A stretch of DNA of 64,000 nucleotides from Nitrospiraceae bacterium (GTDB lineage: Bacteria > Nitrospirota > Thermodesulfovibrionia > Thermodesulfovibrionales > UBA1546), in assembly GCA_021373015.1 (NCBI GenBank), contig JAJFTJ010000018.1:65489-129488 (forward strand), in the 5' to 3' direction. The position numbers and the translations under genes are program-made. How positions within the stretch are numbered: position 1 is the first letter of the stretch; each line of letters begins with the position of its first letter. Positions 39,641 through 49,469 of the stretch are shown here, in pieces. The notes under the pieces are model-generated. The model was not told the DNA's origin and did not search any database. It saw nothing but the letters and a program-made list of their open reading frames with translations.

Positions 39641-40747
39641 CTATTCTTTTCTCACTGAACTGATTTTGAGCATACCGTTTTCTAATATAAAATCCGCATA
39701 AAGTTTTTGAGTGATTATCTTCCCCTGCTTTTTGCCTTTTGATATGAGTTCCATATTCCAGACAATGACTCCGCTTGCCTTATCACCTTTCTGTGTTAAA
39801 TTCACAAGTTTGTAATCCAAGGCCTTGAAGTTAAATCTCTTCCATTGTTCAATCTGTTGCTGCCTCCTGTTTTGAGATTTGAGATATTGTTTTGTATATC
39901 TTGATTCCCACAATTTTATATCGCCTCTAAAGTTAGCGCTTTTTATGTCTTCGAGCAGGGCAATTACATGTTCTTTCTCGATTGAAGCTTTGCTTATGTT
40001 CTCTTTTTGTGTTCCGCTTATTATCTGCACCTGCTCCCTGTAAAAATTCGCAATGAAATAAAATGAAATGCCGAGTGAAATCAAAACCGAAAATAAAAAC
40101 AAAAAAAAGATTCTCTTAATTTTCTTCAACCGGAAATAATGACGGGACTTCTTCCCGGACATGATATTCATAAGCGCTTTTTTTACATTCAGTTCGGAAA
40201 CAAGCATATCACGATAACGGCCATTTGCAGTCAGAAACCAGAAAAAACTCTGTTTGGGGATATTGTTTATTTTTAAAACAAGATTCGATATATCAGCCTC
40301 AACCTTCCTTTTTAGGTTATAAAGCATTGCCTTGATCTTCTCTGTTTTTTTTGCAATGTCATCTATCTCTGTCTCTTTCTTCTCAAAATCATTTATGTAA
40401 TCAGAATAATCCATGTCTGATTTCTTGCCCTGAAGTTCAGTAAATGTCTTTTGCTTGTTTGCCAGTCTTTTTTCGAGCTGAAATTTTTCATGAAGCAACG
40501 CTGATATGAACTTGCTTTCTATGTCAGCTTTCAAAGAATCTATCTTTACATCCTCCAGCTTTTCACCTCTCAGGTCATCTTTAAGCGTTTTCTTTTTTAC
40601 TGCTTTCTTCTCAGAAGAATCCTGTTCCTGCATCTCTATTGGTTCAAGCATAACCGAGCATGATTCACAATAGCCGGTATCAAGGGAAAATTCCTTAAGA
40701 CACTTCGGGCACTGCATTATGATTTTAAGGGTCGGTTCCATGATCAC
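39641..40747 (-). CDS. hypothetical membrane protein: N-terminal zinc ribbon, long coiled coil, one TM, C-terminal extracytoplasmic domain
   Basis: CPKC...CESC at the N-terminus. Residues about 60-190 are K/E-rich, and a TM segment (IFFLFLFSVLISLGISFYFIANF) follows. The C-terminal roughly 120 aa form a mixed alpha/beta domain. The start overlaps the stop of the upstream lipoprotein gene (ATGA). Confidence 0.55.
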   Translation of the reverse strand: MIMEPTLKIIMQCPKCLKEFSLDTGYCESCSVMLEPIEMQEQDSSEKKAVKKKTLKDDLRGEKLEDVKIDSLKADIESKFISALLHEKFQLEKRLANKQKTFTELQGKKSDMDYSDYINDFEKKETEIDDIAKKTEKIKAMLYNLKRKVEADISNLVLKINNIPKQSFFWFLTANGRYRDMLVSELNVKKALMNIMSGKKSRHYFRLKKIKRIFFLFLFSVLISLGISFYFIANFYREQVQIISGTQKENISKASIEKEHVIALLEDIKSANFRGDIKLWESRYTKQYLKSQNRRQQQIEQWKRFNFKALDYKLVNLTQKGDKASGVIVWNMELISKGKKQGKIITQKLYADFILENGMLKISSVRKE

Positions 40748-41373
40748 ATAGGGCTTATTTCAATAGACTTTTTATCTGTTTCCGGTGTTTTATCAATAAT
40801 CTTTGATTTTGAACTTTTACCTAAATGCAAAAAAACCGGTTCTAGCATCTTTCTGATTATTAATATCTGCTCAGAGCGGGCTATCTGATTGTCTTCAAGC
40901 TGGAAATTAACTGCCTGCCACCATAGTATCCTTCCGTCAATTGATGAAACCAGCTGAAGTACGATCTCATTATTACCTCCGCTGCTCAGAATAACTCCGT
41001 TGAGAACAGCATCTGACTGCAATGATCTACCTATTCTGCTCAGGATTTCCACCCTGTTATCAGGCTTAAGGTTTGAGATGTCCTTTTTATTTTCCTTTAC
41101 CGCTCTTTCAGTTTTTTCATTTGAAATCACTGAGGTCTTTGATTTGGATAAAAGCACATTGTATGTGACATTCTTCCAATTATATTTATCTCCGTAAAAT
41201 GGCAAGACTGCAATTGACCCGACATCTTCCAACAAATTTTTCTCAAACACAGGAAGGCTGTTTTTAAGTTCTCCAGCGCCAATTCCCTGCTGAGTCTTGG
41301 TTGATGCGCAGGATGCAAAAAGCATAGGCAAAACAAAAATCCATCCATACAAATAGATTTTTCGCATATACAC
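40744..41373 (-). CDS. hypothetical lipoprotein
   Basis: Signal peptide with lipobox (MLFASCAS). Contains the IAVLPF motif seen in several envelope lipoprotein families. Translationally coupled to 39641-40747. Confidence 0.55.
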   Translation of the reverse strand: MYMRKIYLYGWIFVLPMLFASCASTKTQQGIGAGELKNSLPVFEKNLLEDVGSIAVLPFYGDKYNWKNVTYNVLLSKSKTSVISNEKTERAVKENKKDISNLKPDNRVEILSRIGRSLQSDAVLNGVILSSGGNNEIVLQLVSSIDGRILWWQAVNFQLEDNQIARSEQILIIRKMLEPVFLHLGKSSKSKIIDKTPETDKKSIEISPM

Positions 41374-41449
41374 ATTTTATAATAAAACTGTTAAAATTTT
41401 TTAAATAAATTTTATTCTTTGATTATAATTTGATTATAAGAGGTGATTT

Positions 41450-42829
41450 TTGAAGATACAATTTTTAGGTGCAGCCAAAACAGTAACAGGAAGCTGTTTC
41501 TTTCTTGAAACAGCAGAGACTAAAATACTTGTCGATTGTGGGATGTTTCAGGGAAATAATTCACATACAACCAACAAAAATCCATTTTCTTTTAATCCAT
41601 CAGAAATCGAATATCTTTTACTGACACATGCGCATATGGACCATAGCGGAATGATACCAAAACTTGTTAAGGAAGGCTTTAGGGGAGATATCATATCAAC
41701 TCCTGCAACATTAGATCTTGTTAAGCCTATGCTTCTTGATTCTGCACACATTCAGGAGTCAGATGCTGCATGGCTTACAAGAAAGGCATTGCGTTCAGGC
41801 GGAGAACCTGTCGAACCTCTTTACACAACTGCAGATGTTGAAGAAGCCCTGAAATTCTTTAAAGGAGTTCCATACAGACAGATTGAACACAAAGGAAAGG
41901 GAATCACATTCAGATTTGTTGATGCCGGTCATATACTGGGATCATCCAGCCTTGAACTCTGGTTTCAGGATAGTCCGCAGAAAAAGAAAATTCTCTTCTC
42001 AGGCGACATTGGGAAAAAAGGCAATCCTATAATGCATGACCCGGCAATTACATCTGATGCTAATTATATTGTGATCGAATCAACCTATGGCAACAGACTT
42101 CACAGAAATTTTGACGATACTGTTAATGAGCTTGCTGAAGCAATAAAGACAACATTCACCAGAGGAGGCAATGTCATAATCCCTGCATTCGCAGTTGGAA
42201 GAACTCAGGATCTTCTCTATGTGTTGAATCAACTCGTCCGCGAAAAGAGACTTTATAAAATTAATGTATATATCGACAGTCCGTTGGCTGAAGAGATAAC
42301 AAAAAAATATCTTTCGCATCCAGAACTCTATGATGAAGAAGCAAAGAGTCTTCTTAATCAGGGTCTTTCTGATGGCATAAAGATTACATTTACACATTCA
42401 GTCGAGGAATCAATGGCTCTGAATAAAATAAAATCTCGGGCAATAATCATTGCAGGAAGCGGAATGTGCGAAGGAGGAAGAGTACAGCATCATCTTAAGC
42501 ATAATCTCTGGAGGTCCGAGAGCAGTGTTATATTCACAGGATTTCAGGCAAAGGGAACATTAGGCAGGAAGATTGTTGATGGTTCAAGGGTTGTGCCTGT
42601 GCTTGGAGAAAACATTGCTGTCAGGGCAAGGATATACACACTTGGAGGATTCTCTGCACATGCAGACCAGAAAGAACTTCTCGAGTGGCTCGAGGAATTC
42701 AAAGATCATCCTGAGATATTCGTTGTGCATGGTGAAGAGGAAACAGCCTTAAAGTTCGCTGAATTAATAAAAGAACGCTTCGGCTTTAAAACCCATGTTC
42801 CTGATAAAGGAGAGATTTTTGAGTTGTGA
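41450..42829 (+). CDS. beta-CASP family metallo-beta-lactamase ribonuclease (CPSF/RNase J-like)
   Basis: TTG start after AAGAGGTGA. HAHMDHSG (HxHxDH) motif, with beta-CASP and RMMBL-type C-terminal motifs (GGFSAHAD...VHGE). Confidence 0.85.
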   Translation: MKIQFLGAAKTVTGSCFFLETAETKILVDCGMFQGNNSHTTNKNPFSFNPSEIEYLLLTHAHMDHSGMIPKLVKEGFRGDIISTPATLDLVKPMLLDSAHIQESDAAWLTRKALRSGGEPVEPLYTTADVEEALKFFKGVPYRQIEHKGKGITFRFVDAGHILGSSSLELWFQDSPQKKKILFSGDIGKKGNPIMHDPAITSDANYIVIESTYGNRLHRNFDDTVNELAEAIKTTFTRGGNVIIPAFAVGRTQDLLYVLNQLVREKRLYKINVYIDSPLAEEITKKYLSHPELYDEEAKSLLNQGLSDGIKITFTHSVEESMALNKIKSRAIIIAGSGMCEGGRVQHHLKHNLWRSESSVIFTGFQAKGTLGRKIVDGSRVVPVLGENIAVRARIYTLGGFSAHADQKELLEWLEEFKDHPEIFVVHGEEETALKFAELIKERFGFKTHVPDKGEIFEL

Positions 42830-42831
42830 TC

Positions 42832-43152
42832 TTATTTTACCCTTGCCCCTGCCTTGACTTCTCTTTCAGGAGAAATCACAGAAAGCTTTCCTTCGTCATC
42901 AGATGCGGCAAGAAGCATTCCTTGAGATTCAACACCCATAAGTTTTGCAGGCTCGAGATTTGCTACAACGACAATAGACTTGCCGATAAGTTCTTCAGGC
43001 GCATATGCCTTGCCGATTCCTGCCACTATCTGCCTTTCCTCGCCTGTATCTACCTTCATTACAATTAATTTATTAGAGCCTTCCACCCTGTTTGCTTCTA
43101 ACACCTTACCGATCTTCAATTCAATCTTTGTAAAATCCTCAATCGTGATCAC
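42832..43152 (-). CDS. csaA: tRNA-binding domain protein (CsaA/EMAP-like)
   Basis: 106 aa; FTKIELKIGKVLEANRVEGSNKLIVMKVDTGEERQIVAGI matches the OB-fold tRNA-binding domain. Confidence 0.75.
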   Translation of the reverse strand: MITIEDFTKIELKIGKVLEANRVEGSNKLIVMKVDTGEERQIVAGIGKAYAPEELIGKSIVVVANLEPAKLMGVESQGMLLAASDDEGKLSVISPEREVKAGARVK

Positions 43153-43637
43153 TACTGCCTCCTAAATTTTCTTCTTAAAGCTTCTTCAACAACTTGAGGA
43201 ACAAGTCCCTTTACTGTGCCTCCGAATGATGCAATTTCTTTAATTATAGTTGACGTAAGGAATGTATATTCTTCAGACGGCATCATGAACACAGTCTCGA
43301 CAGAGAGGTTCAGTCTTCTGTTCATCAGAGCCATCTGAAATTCATATTCGAAATCAGATATAGCCCTTAAGCCCCTTATTATGCTGAGTCCGCTTCTTGC
43401 TTTTACATAGTCAATAAGCAGACCGTCGAATTTTTCCACTCTTACATTTTTGCAATTTTTGAAAACATCTTTTATGATTTCCAGTCTCTCTTCAACTGTG
43501 AATAACGGCTGTTTTTTCTGGGCTGTGGTGATCGCAACAATCACCTCATCAAATATTCTGAGCCCTCTTTTGATAATATCAATGTGGCCGTTTGTTATCG
43601 GGTCAAATGTGCCCGGGCATACCGCTACCTTATTCAT
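43152..43637 (-). CDS. coaD: phosphopantetheine adenylyltransferase
   Basis: AVCPGTFDPITNGHIDII N-terminus; 161 aa. Confidence 0.95.
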   Translation of the reverse strand: MNKVAVCPGTFDPITNGHIDIIKRGLRIFDEVIVAITTAQKKQPLFTVEERLEIIKDVFKNCKNVRVEKFDGLLIDYVKARSGLSIIRGLRAISDFEYEFQMALMNRRLNLSVETVFMMPSEEYTFLTSTIIKEIASFGGTVKGLVPQVVEEALRRKFRRQ

Positions 43638-44215
43638 TCTGCCTTCCTAAACAAAGTTAATGTTGTATCACCGTATTTATAAGTCTTCTTCTGCCTGAGA
43701 TTCCCTGTCTCTTCAGACAATTTCTTTTTTGAATGATGCTCGGCAATGATTATACCATCATCGCTAAGCATCTGGCCATCAGACAAAATCTCCATTATAT
43801 TATCAAGCTCATTCGAATGATAAGGCGGATCAACAAAGATCACATCAGCCTTCATGCCTTCATCAATCGCATTTCTTATAAAATCATCTGCGCAAGAACA
43901 TGTAACATCTGCTTTGTCAGCGCAATTGTACTTATCGATCATCTTTTGAATATACGAAGATCTTTTTCTGTCTGTCTCGATAAAAAAAACCTTTGCCGCT
44001 CCTCTGCTTATTGCTTCGATGCCAACTGCGCCTGTCCCTGCATACAGGTCAATGAATATAAACCCTTCGTGAATCCCTGCAATTATGTTGAATATCGATT
44101 CCCTTACCTTTGCCGAAGTAGGCCTTAATGAGTCTTGATCATTAGAAGAAGTCTTTCTTTTTTTTGAGCTTATCTTTCTGCCTTTAAACTCTCCGCCTGA
44201 TATTCGCAGTTTCAT
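43634..44215 (-). CDS. rsmD: 16S rRNA (guanine966-N2)-methyltransferase
   Basis: RPTSAKVRESIFNI, DLYAGTGAVGIEAISRGA and DPPY motifs; rsmD-coaD synteny. Confidence 0.88.
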   Translation of the reverse strand: MKLRISGGEFKGRKISSKKRKTSSNDQDSLRPTSAKVRESIFNIIAGIHEGFIFIDLYAGTGAVGIEAISRGAAKVFFIETDRKRSSYIQKMIDKYNCADKADVTCSCADDFIRNAIDEGMKADVIFVDPPYHSNELDNIMEILSDGQMLSDDGIIIAEHHSKKKLSEETGNLRQKKTYKYGDTTLTLFRKAE

Positions 44216-44248
44216 ATATTTATTCTATCGGAAATATTTGTGTTGAAT

Positions 44249-44899
44249 CTATTTCTTTAATGGGGGATTTACTATATTCAAGGACTTGGCCGCATGCTTA
44301 TTTATAAAAACTTTTCTGCCTCGCATTTCAAGTCTGCCTTCAGCGAAAAGCCTTATAGCCTCAGGAAAAATCTTATGCTCATAACTGAGTATCCGCTCTG
44401 AAAGCGCATCATCAGTATCATCGGGCAGAACCGGAACCGCTGCCTGAATGATTATCGGACCTGTATCCATCCCTTCATCAACAAAATGAACAGTGCAGCC
44501 GGAAATTCTCACACCATAATCAAGTGCCTGCTTCTGCCCATGAAGCCCTGGAAATGAAGGAAGAAGCGCAGGATGGATATTTATTATCTTGTTTCTGAAT
44601 GCATCTATTAAGGGTTTTTTAACAATCCTCATAAATCCTGCAAGCACCACCAGTTCAACATCTCTTGATTTAAGCTCATCAGCAATCGCTGAAAAAAAAT
44701 CATTTTTTGTCTCAAATGCAGCGGGATTTAAATAAAGATGATCTATACTGTGTTTTTTAGCCCTCTCAACAACGTAAGCAGAAGGAACATCTGTTATCAG
44801 TATTTTTATCTTTGCCTTGACAGCGCCTTTTTTAATGGAATCGATTATTGCCTGAAAATTAGAACCGCGTCCTGATGCAAGAACGCCTATTTTCAACAT
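44249..44899 (-). CDS. purN: phosphoribosylglycinamide formyltransferase
   Basis: IGVLASGRGSNFQAI, NIHPALLPSFPG and GCTVHFVDEGMDTGPII. Confidence 0.95.
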   Translation of the reverse strand: MLKIGVLASGRGSNFQAIIDSIKKGAVKAKIKILITDVPSAYVVERAKKHSIDHLYLNPAAFETKNDFFSAIADELKSRDVELVVLAGFMRIVKKPLIDAFRNKIINIHPALLPSFPGLHGQKQALDYGVRISGCTVHFVDEGMDTGPIIIQAAVPVLPDDTDDALSERILSYEHKIFPEAIRLFAEGRLEMRGRKVFINKHAAKSLNIVNPPLKK

Positions 44900-44938
44900 G
44901 GCAGGATAACCTCCGTTCTATACAATTTATTCAGGTGT

Positions 44939-45913
44939 TTAGAGTTTTGTCTCAATGCTGGAATTGTCTCTGAGACCGCGCAGCCAATTCTTATATTTCT
45001 GCACAAAATATATTTCATAAAGTCTGCTCTTTGCTTTGTCCTTCAGTGCAGTCCCGCTCAACTGCTCAATCTTTTCCTGCAGCTTTACAATATGAAGTCC
45101 GTTTGCAGTCCAGAACGGCTCGCTTATGTCGCCAACATTCATTTTTGTTATTACATCAGCAAATTCTTTTGCCATTGCATCTTTTTTAACAAAACCAAGA
45201 TCCCCGCCCAGACTTGATGATGAATCCTCTGAGTATTTTTTTGCAGCATCAGCAAAATTTGTTCCGCCCTTTACATTCTGTATCAGTGTATTTGCCTTTT
45301 CCTCTAGTGTTTTTTTGTCAGTATTGACTGATGGATTTTTGAAAAATATCTGGCTGATCTTGTAAGCTTCTCCCTGAAGAACAGGGTCATTGCCTTCAAG
45401 TATATATTTCTCCACATCTTTATCACTGACAACAACCTTGCTTTTTACCTGCTGTGTAATAATCCTGCCAATCATTAACTGCTCGGCAAGTTTCTTTTTG
45501 TATTCATCTAAGGTCATGCCTTCTTTTTTCAAAAAATCAACCAATGCAGCATCATCCAAATTATATTTCTTTTTAATATCAGCAATCGCCTCATTAACAT
45601 CTTCTGAAGAAATATTAATTCCCACTTGTTTCGCTGCTTGTAACTGAAGCGTCATATTAATCATGCTCTCGAGAAAAAATCCTTCGCTTTCTTTGAATAT
45701 TTTTCTTTTTTCCTCAGGCTTTATCCCGCGCATCTTCTCGCTTGCCTCAAACTCCATGGCTTTATAAAGATCGCCCCATGTTATGACATCCTGATTCACA
45801 ATAGCCACAACTCTGTCCAGAAGAATGGAAGCATCAGAACTCACGCTGTATATGGAAATCAAAAACAAAGCTGTTATAACAAACAATCTGATAATTTTTT
45901 TCATGGTTTTCAT
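44939..45913 (-). CDS. SurA-like periplasmic peptidyl-prolyl isomerase (PpiC/parvulin type)
   Basis: Signal peptide, a SurA N-terminal-type chaperone region (VAIVNQDVITWGDL), and one parvulin domain (GGDLGFV...). Confidence 0.85.
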   Translation of the reverse strand: MKTMKKIIRLFVITALFLISIYSVSSDASILLDRVVAIVNQDVITWGDLYKAMEFEASEKMRGIKPEEKRKIFKESEGFFLESMINMTLQLQAAKQVGINISSEDVNEAIADIKKKYNLDDAALVDFLKKEGMTLDEYKKKLAEQLMIGRIITQQVKSKVVVSDKDVEKYILEGNDPVLQGEAYKISQIFFKNPSVNTDKKTLEEKANTLIQNVKGGTNFADAAKKYSEDSSSSLGGDLGFVKKDAMAKEFADVITKMNVGDISEPFWTANGLHIVKLQEKIEQLSGTALKDKAKSRLYEIYFVQKYKNWLRGLRDNSSIETKL

Positions 45914-45953
45914 TCTTAATTCCTGGTGCTTTTTATTTTTAGAGCAGTACCCT

Positions 45954-46388
45954 TCATGGAAGGGCTGTAATATCTTTTACAGATGACCTTACTACAAATG
46001 TCCTTATATTATTGCTGTCTGTGTCGGTTGGAATAAGGAAAAAGCCTTTTAATTTTTCATCGGGTTTAGATATAAAAAAACCTTTTCCCCATGGAGTATC
46101 TCCCTTAACATATCCTACCAGCGATTCCCCGTCTGCAAATTTTATGTAAATTTTTCTGCCTTCAGTCTGTCTTATCCCGTATTTCTTTTTTTCTATATAT
46201 TTACTGTCGCCTTCAAATGACTTAACAAAAAATATTGCCTTGAGTTTATCGAGTGAGACTGAGAGAATTCCCTTGCCGTCACTATCTTCAAAAATAACCT
46301 CAGAAGAAGTTTCTGAAAAATTCTCGATATGCCCCTTCAATACCTTCCCGTCATTAAACCTTAAGACAACTTTTTCAGATTCACCCAT
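45954..46388 (-). CDS. hypothetical protein with an internal two-fold repeat
   Basis: 144 aa; VVLRFNDGKVLKGHIENF and IYIKFADGESLVGYVKGD start two homologous halves. No signal peptide. I recognise no family. Confidence 0.5.
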   Translation of the reverse strand: MGESEKVVLRFNDGKVLKGHIENFSETSSEVIFEDSDGKGILSVSLDKLKAIFFVKSFEGDSKYIEKKKYGIRQTEGRKIYIKFADGESLVGYVKGDTPWGKGFFISKPDEKLKGFFLIPTDTDSNNIRTFVVRSSVKDITALP

Positions 46389-46430
46389 GCCTAAATTTTA
46401 TGTATTACCCCGAAATATGTCAAGAAAGCT

Positions 46431-47519
46431 TCATTCGTGGATTTTTCTGAAAAGAGCGATTGCAACAATACAAAATACAGAAGGAATAGTCCAGGCAGAC
46501 ACAAAAGGCGGAAGAATTCCTGTGTATCCCATTGACAAAAACATTGCATGACTGAACCAGTAAGCAAGGCTAATTCCAATGCCTATTGCTGTTGTTACAA
46601 GCCCTCCACCCATCCTTCCTGCCATTGGCAGGGAAATTCCAAGCATTATCATGAAGAAATTAATAAGAGGGTATGCAACCCTTGAATTCAGATCAACTGT
46701 GAGCTTCAGATTTTTAAAGCCCGCCTCTTCAAGCTTCTTTGTATATTTATAAAATCCTATTATTCCCATATCCTCAGGTTTTAGTATATTTCCGGCAAAA
46801 ACAGACGGGGATTCAGCCATAGGATAATCCATTTCGTCATATTTTTTTACAGAACTATTCTGCATATCATAAACAATTACTTTTTTCAATTTCATTCTTC
46901 CCTGTCCTGATCCCTTGTCTTCCCCCTCTATCCATTCTCCTTCTTCTGCCTCAATCCTCTCCTGAAGCCCTCCGTTAGCCAGCTTGAAAATGCTCACATT
47001 CCTCGAAAAATTCTTCTCAGGATAATAAAAACCTATCTTGACAATTGTACCGCCTGATGCCATTAGCCATACGGTTCCTTCTTTAAAAGAAAAGCTCTTG
47101 TCTTTTTTCATAATCTTTTCTTTCAGCTCTAAAGATCTTTTAGACGCCTCAGGAACTATTATCTCTGCGAGGAAAAAACCGAATAAGCTTAATAACAAGC
47201 CGCATACTAAAAAAGGTCTTAACAGTTCTTTTAACTTTCCTCCTGCTGCCCTGATTGCAGTTATCTCTTCTCTCTTTATTGCCTGGCTGAAGATAAAAAG
47301 ACTACAGAGGAGAACAGCAAGTGGAAGAAGATAAAGAAAATTTTTGGGGAAATTATACAAAGTGTAGAGAAGCAACTTCCCAAATGATGGTTTGTAAGGA
47401 AGCAGTTCATCTACCCTATTAATAAGTTCTAAAAGGCTGAAGACAACAGCAAGTCCGGCCCCGAGAACTCCAAAGACCTTAAAAAAATCTTTTAAATAGT
47501 AACGCTGAATTATTAGCAT
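46431..47519 (-). CDS. lptG: LPS export ABC permease LptG (YjgP/YjgQ family)
   Basis: The start I prefer is MLIIQRYYLKDFFKVF at 47519. Six TM segments with a periplasmic beta-jellyroll insert, directly after lptF. Confidence 0.85.
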   Translation of the reverse strand: MLIIQRYYLKDFFKVFGVLGAGLAVVFSLLELINRVDELLPYKPSFGKLLLYTLYNFPKNFLYLLPLAVLLCSLFIFSQAIKREEITAIRAAGGKLKELLRPFLVCGLLLSLFGFFLAEIIVPEASKRSLELKEKIMKKDKSFSFKEGTVWLMASGGTIVKIGFYYPEKNFSRNVSIFKLANGGLQERIEAEEGEWIEGEDKGSGQGRMKLKKVIVYDMQNSSVKKYDEMDYPMAESPSVFAGNILKPEDMGIIGFYKYTKKLEEAGFKNLKLTVDLNSRVAYPLINFFMIMLGISLPMAGRMGGGLVTTAIGIGISLAYWFSHAMFLSMGYTGILPPFVSAWTIPSVFCIVAIALFRKIHE

Positions 47520-47521
47520 TT

Positions 47522-48595
47522 TTATTTGTTGCTTTCCCTTCTGAATAGAAATACGGCTAATATTCCAAGCACTATTACAGGAGCCCATCCGCCAAGATAA
47601 TGAGTTATCTTTCCGTTTCTTGCCATATTCTCTCCATATATAAGTAAAATATAAAAAGCAACAAACACAGAGAGTCCCAGAGTAAGCCCGCCTAATCTTC
47701 CTGTCTTTCCGGCAATAAGCGAAAGCGGCGGACCAAGAAGCATCAGCAAAAGACAGACCGAAGGCAGAGACAGTCTCCTGTGGAATTCAAGAATAAATGA
47801 AACAGCATCCTGCCCTGACTGTTTTTTGAATTCATTATAAAGCTCAAGTGGTGTAAGCTCATTCTTTTTTTTTGAGGGCGGATCGCCGGAAAAACCCATT
47901 GACATATTATATCCAGCAAAATAAACCTCTGTTGAACTGTCTCCTTTAACGAAATGTATATAGCCGTCTTTGAGATAAAAAGACATTCTAAATTCATCAG
48001 TGACTGATATCTTCCCTTCTTTTGCCATTATGACTTTGGGCTCTTTTTTGTTCCTCTCATCATAAACAAAAACTTCTCTTACCGTGTTTGATTCCGGTTT
48101 ATTCTTAACATAAACCATAATATCCTTAAATATACTTGTGAAAACTCCTTCCTCAATTGCAGCTGGAGCCCTGCTTGTCAAAACATTTGAGACTGTCTCT
48201 CTGAGTTTTATCATGCTTGCAGGTCCGAGATAAAAACTGACAAGTATGCCTGCAAGAAAACAGCTTATCCCGAGTGCAAACACAGGCATGGCAATCATTC
48301 TAAAATGCATACCGCTTGACTTCAGGATTATAATCTCATTATCCGTGTTCATCCTTCCGTATGTAATCAGAGTTGCTACAAGAAGAGACATTGGAAGAGT
48401 GAGTATTAGCATCGGCGGCTGAAGATAAAGAATAATTTTTACCAAATCAAAAAAAGAAGCGCCTACAACAGAGAAGAGTCTGCTTAACTTGAGAATCTTC
48501 TCCATCATCAGTATAAAATTAAGTGCAACCACGCTCAGGCAAAATGTAAGCGCAAGTTCTTTTAGTATTTCTTTATGTATTGTATATATTCTCAT
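47522..48595 (-). CDS. lptF: LPS export ABC permease LptF (YjgP/YjgQ family)
   Basis: 357 aa with the same architecture as LptG; first gene of the pair. Confidence 0.85.
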   Translation of the reverse strand: MRIYTIHKEILKELALTFCLSVVALNFILMMEKILKLSRLFSVVGASFFDLVKIILYLQPPMLILTLPMSLLVATLITYGRMNTDNEIIILKSSGMHFRMIAMPVFALGISCFLAGILVSFYLGPASMIKLRETVSNVLTSRAPAAIEEGVFTSIFKDIMVYVKNKPESNTVREVFVYDERNKKEPKVIMAKEGKISVTDEFRMSFYLKDGYIHFVKGDSSTEVYFAGYNMSMGFSGDPPSKKKNELTPLELYNEFKKQSGQDAVSFILEFHRRLSLPSVCLLLMLLGPPLSLIAGKTGRLGGLTLGLSVFVAFYILLIYGENMARNGKITHYLGGWAPVIVLGILAVFLFRRESNK

Positions 48596-48635
48596 GTTCA
48601 GACAAAATCTTTAGATAAGTATTTTACACCATCTC

Positions 48636-49469
48636 TCATATGAAAATCGGCTTTGAGGATTTTTGGATTATACCCTTTCCCTCTGCAATTCTGAAAAGTT
48701 CCTCAATTGCTTTGATTCCATCATCGGTTGTGTCAATTGAATAATCATTAACATAGAGATTAATGTGCTTATCGATAACATCATCATCGAGTTCCTGCGA
48801 ATGTTCCTTTATATATTTTCTTGTTTCATTCCTATGGCTCATTGCATAGAGCACACTATCCTTTATCATCCTGTCAATTTTATTTATCAGATCTTTTCCA
48901 AAAGTTCTTTTTGCGATCATGCATCCCAAGGGAATAGGCAGCCCTGTTTCTTTTTCCCACCATTCGCCAAGGTCGATCACCTGCTTTAGTCCGTATGAAG
49001 GATATGTAAATCTGCTCTCATGTATTATCAAACCGGCATCCGCTTTTTTGTTTTTCACAGCCTCCATGATGTCGCTGAAAACCATGACTTCAACATTGTC
49101 TTTGAATGAAGGGTCATAAAGCTGCAATAAAAGAAATGCTGTTGTTAGCCTTCCCGGAATCGCAATCTTCTTGCCTTTTAAATCTTCCATTCTGTAATTC
49201 TCTTGAGAAACAACAATAGGACCGCAGCCTCTGCCGAGCGCTCCGCCAGAGCGAAGAAGACAATAATCATCCCTGAATTCTCCAAATGCCCGATAAGAAA
49301 CTTTTGTTATATCAAGTTCGGTCTTTTCTGCTTTTTGATTCAAAGCCTCGACATCAAGAAGCATCTCATTAAATCTTAAATCGCCAGTATCGATTTTTTT
49401 GTGCACAAGCGCATAAAAAATGAATGTGTCATTTGGGCATGGAGAATATCCGAGAGAAAGAATTTTCAT
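48636..49469 (-). CDS. mqnD: 1,4-dihydroxy-6-naphthoate synthase (futalosine pathway, MqnA/MqnD family)
   Basis: LGYSPCPNDTFIFYALVH N-terminus and periplasmic-binding-protein-like fold length (277 aa). MqnD versus MqnA was assigned from the SPCPNDTF motif. Confidence 0.75.
   Translation of the reverse strand: MKILSLGYSPCPNDTFIFYALVHKKIDTGDLRFNEMLLDVEALNQKAEKTELDITKVSYRAFGEFRDDYCLLRSGGALGRGCGPIVVSQENYRMEDLKGKKIAIPGRLTTAFLLLQLYDPSFKDNVEVMVFSDIMEAVKNKKADAGLIIHESRFTYPSYGLKQVIDLGEWWEKETGLPIPLGCMIAKRTFGKDLINKIDRMIKDSVLYAMSHRNETRKYIKEHSQELDDDVIDKHINLYVNDYSIDTTDDGIKAIEELFRIAEGKGIIQKSSKPIFI

Noticed and set aside
41418-41439. Perfect tandem duplication TTTGATTATAA x2 just upstream of the beta-CASP RNase gene.
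   Set aside because: It is short, AT-rich and overlaps promoter-like TATAAT/TTGATT strings. It is most likely promoter-region low complexity, with nothing further to support a function.
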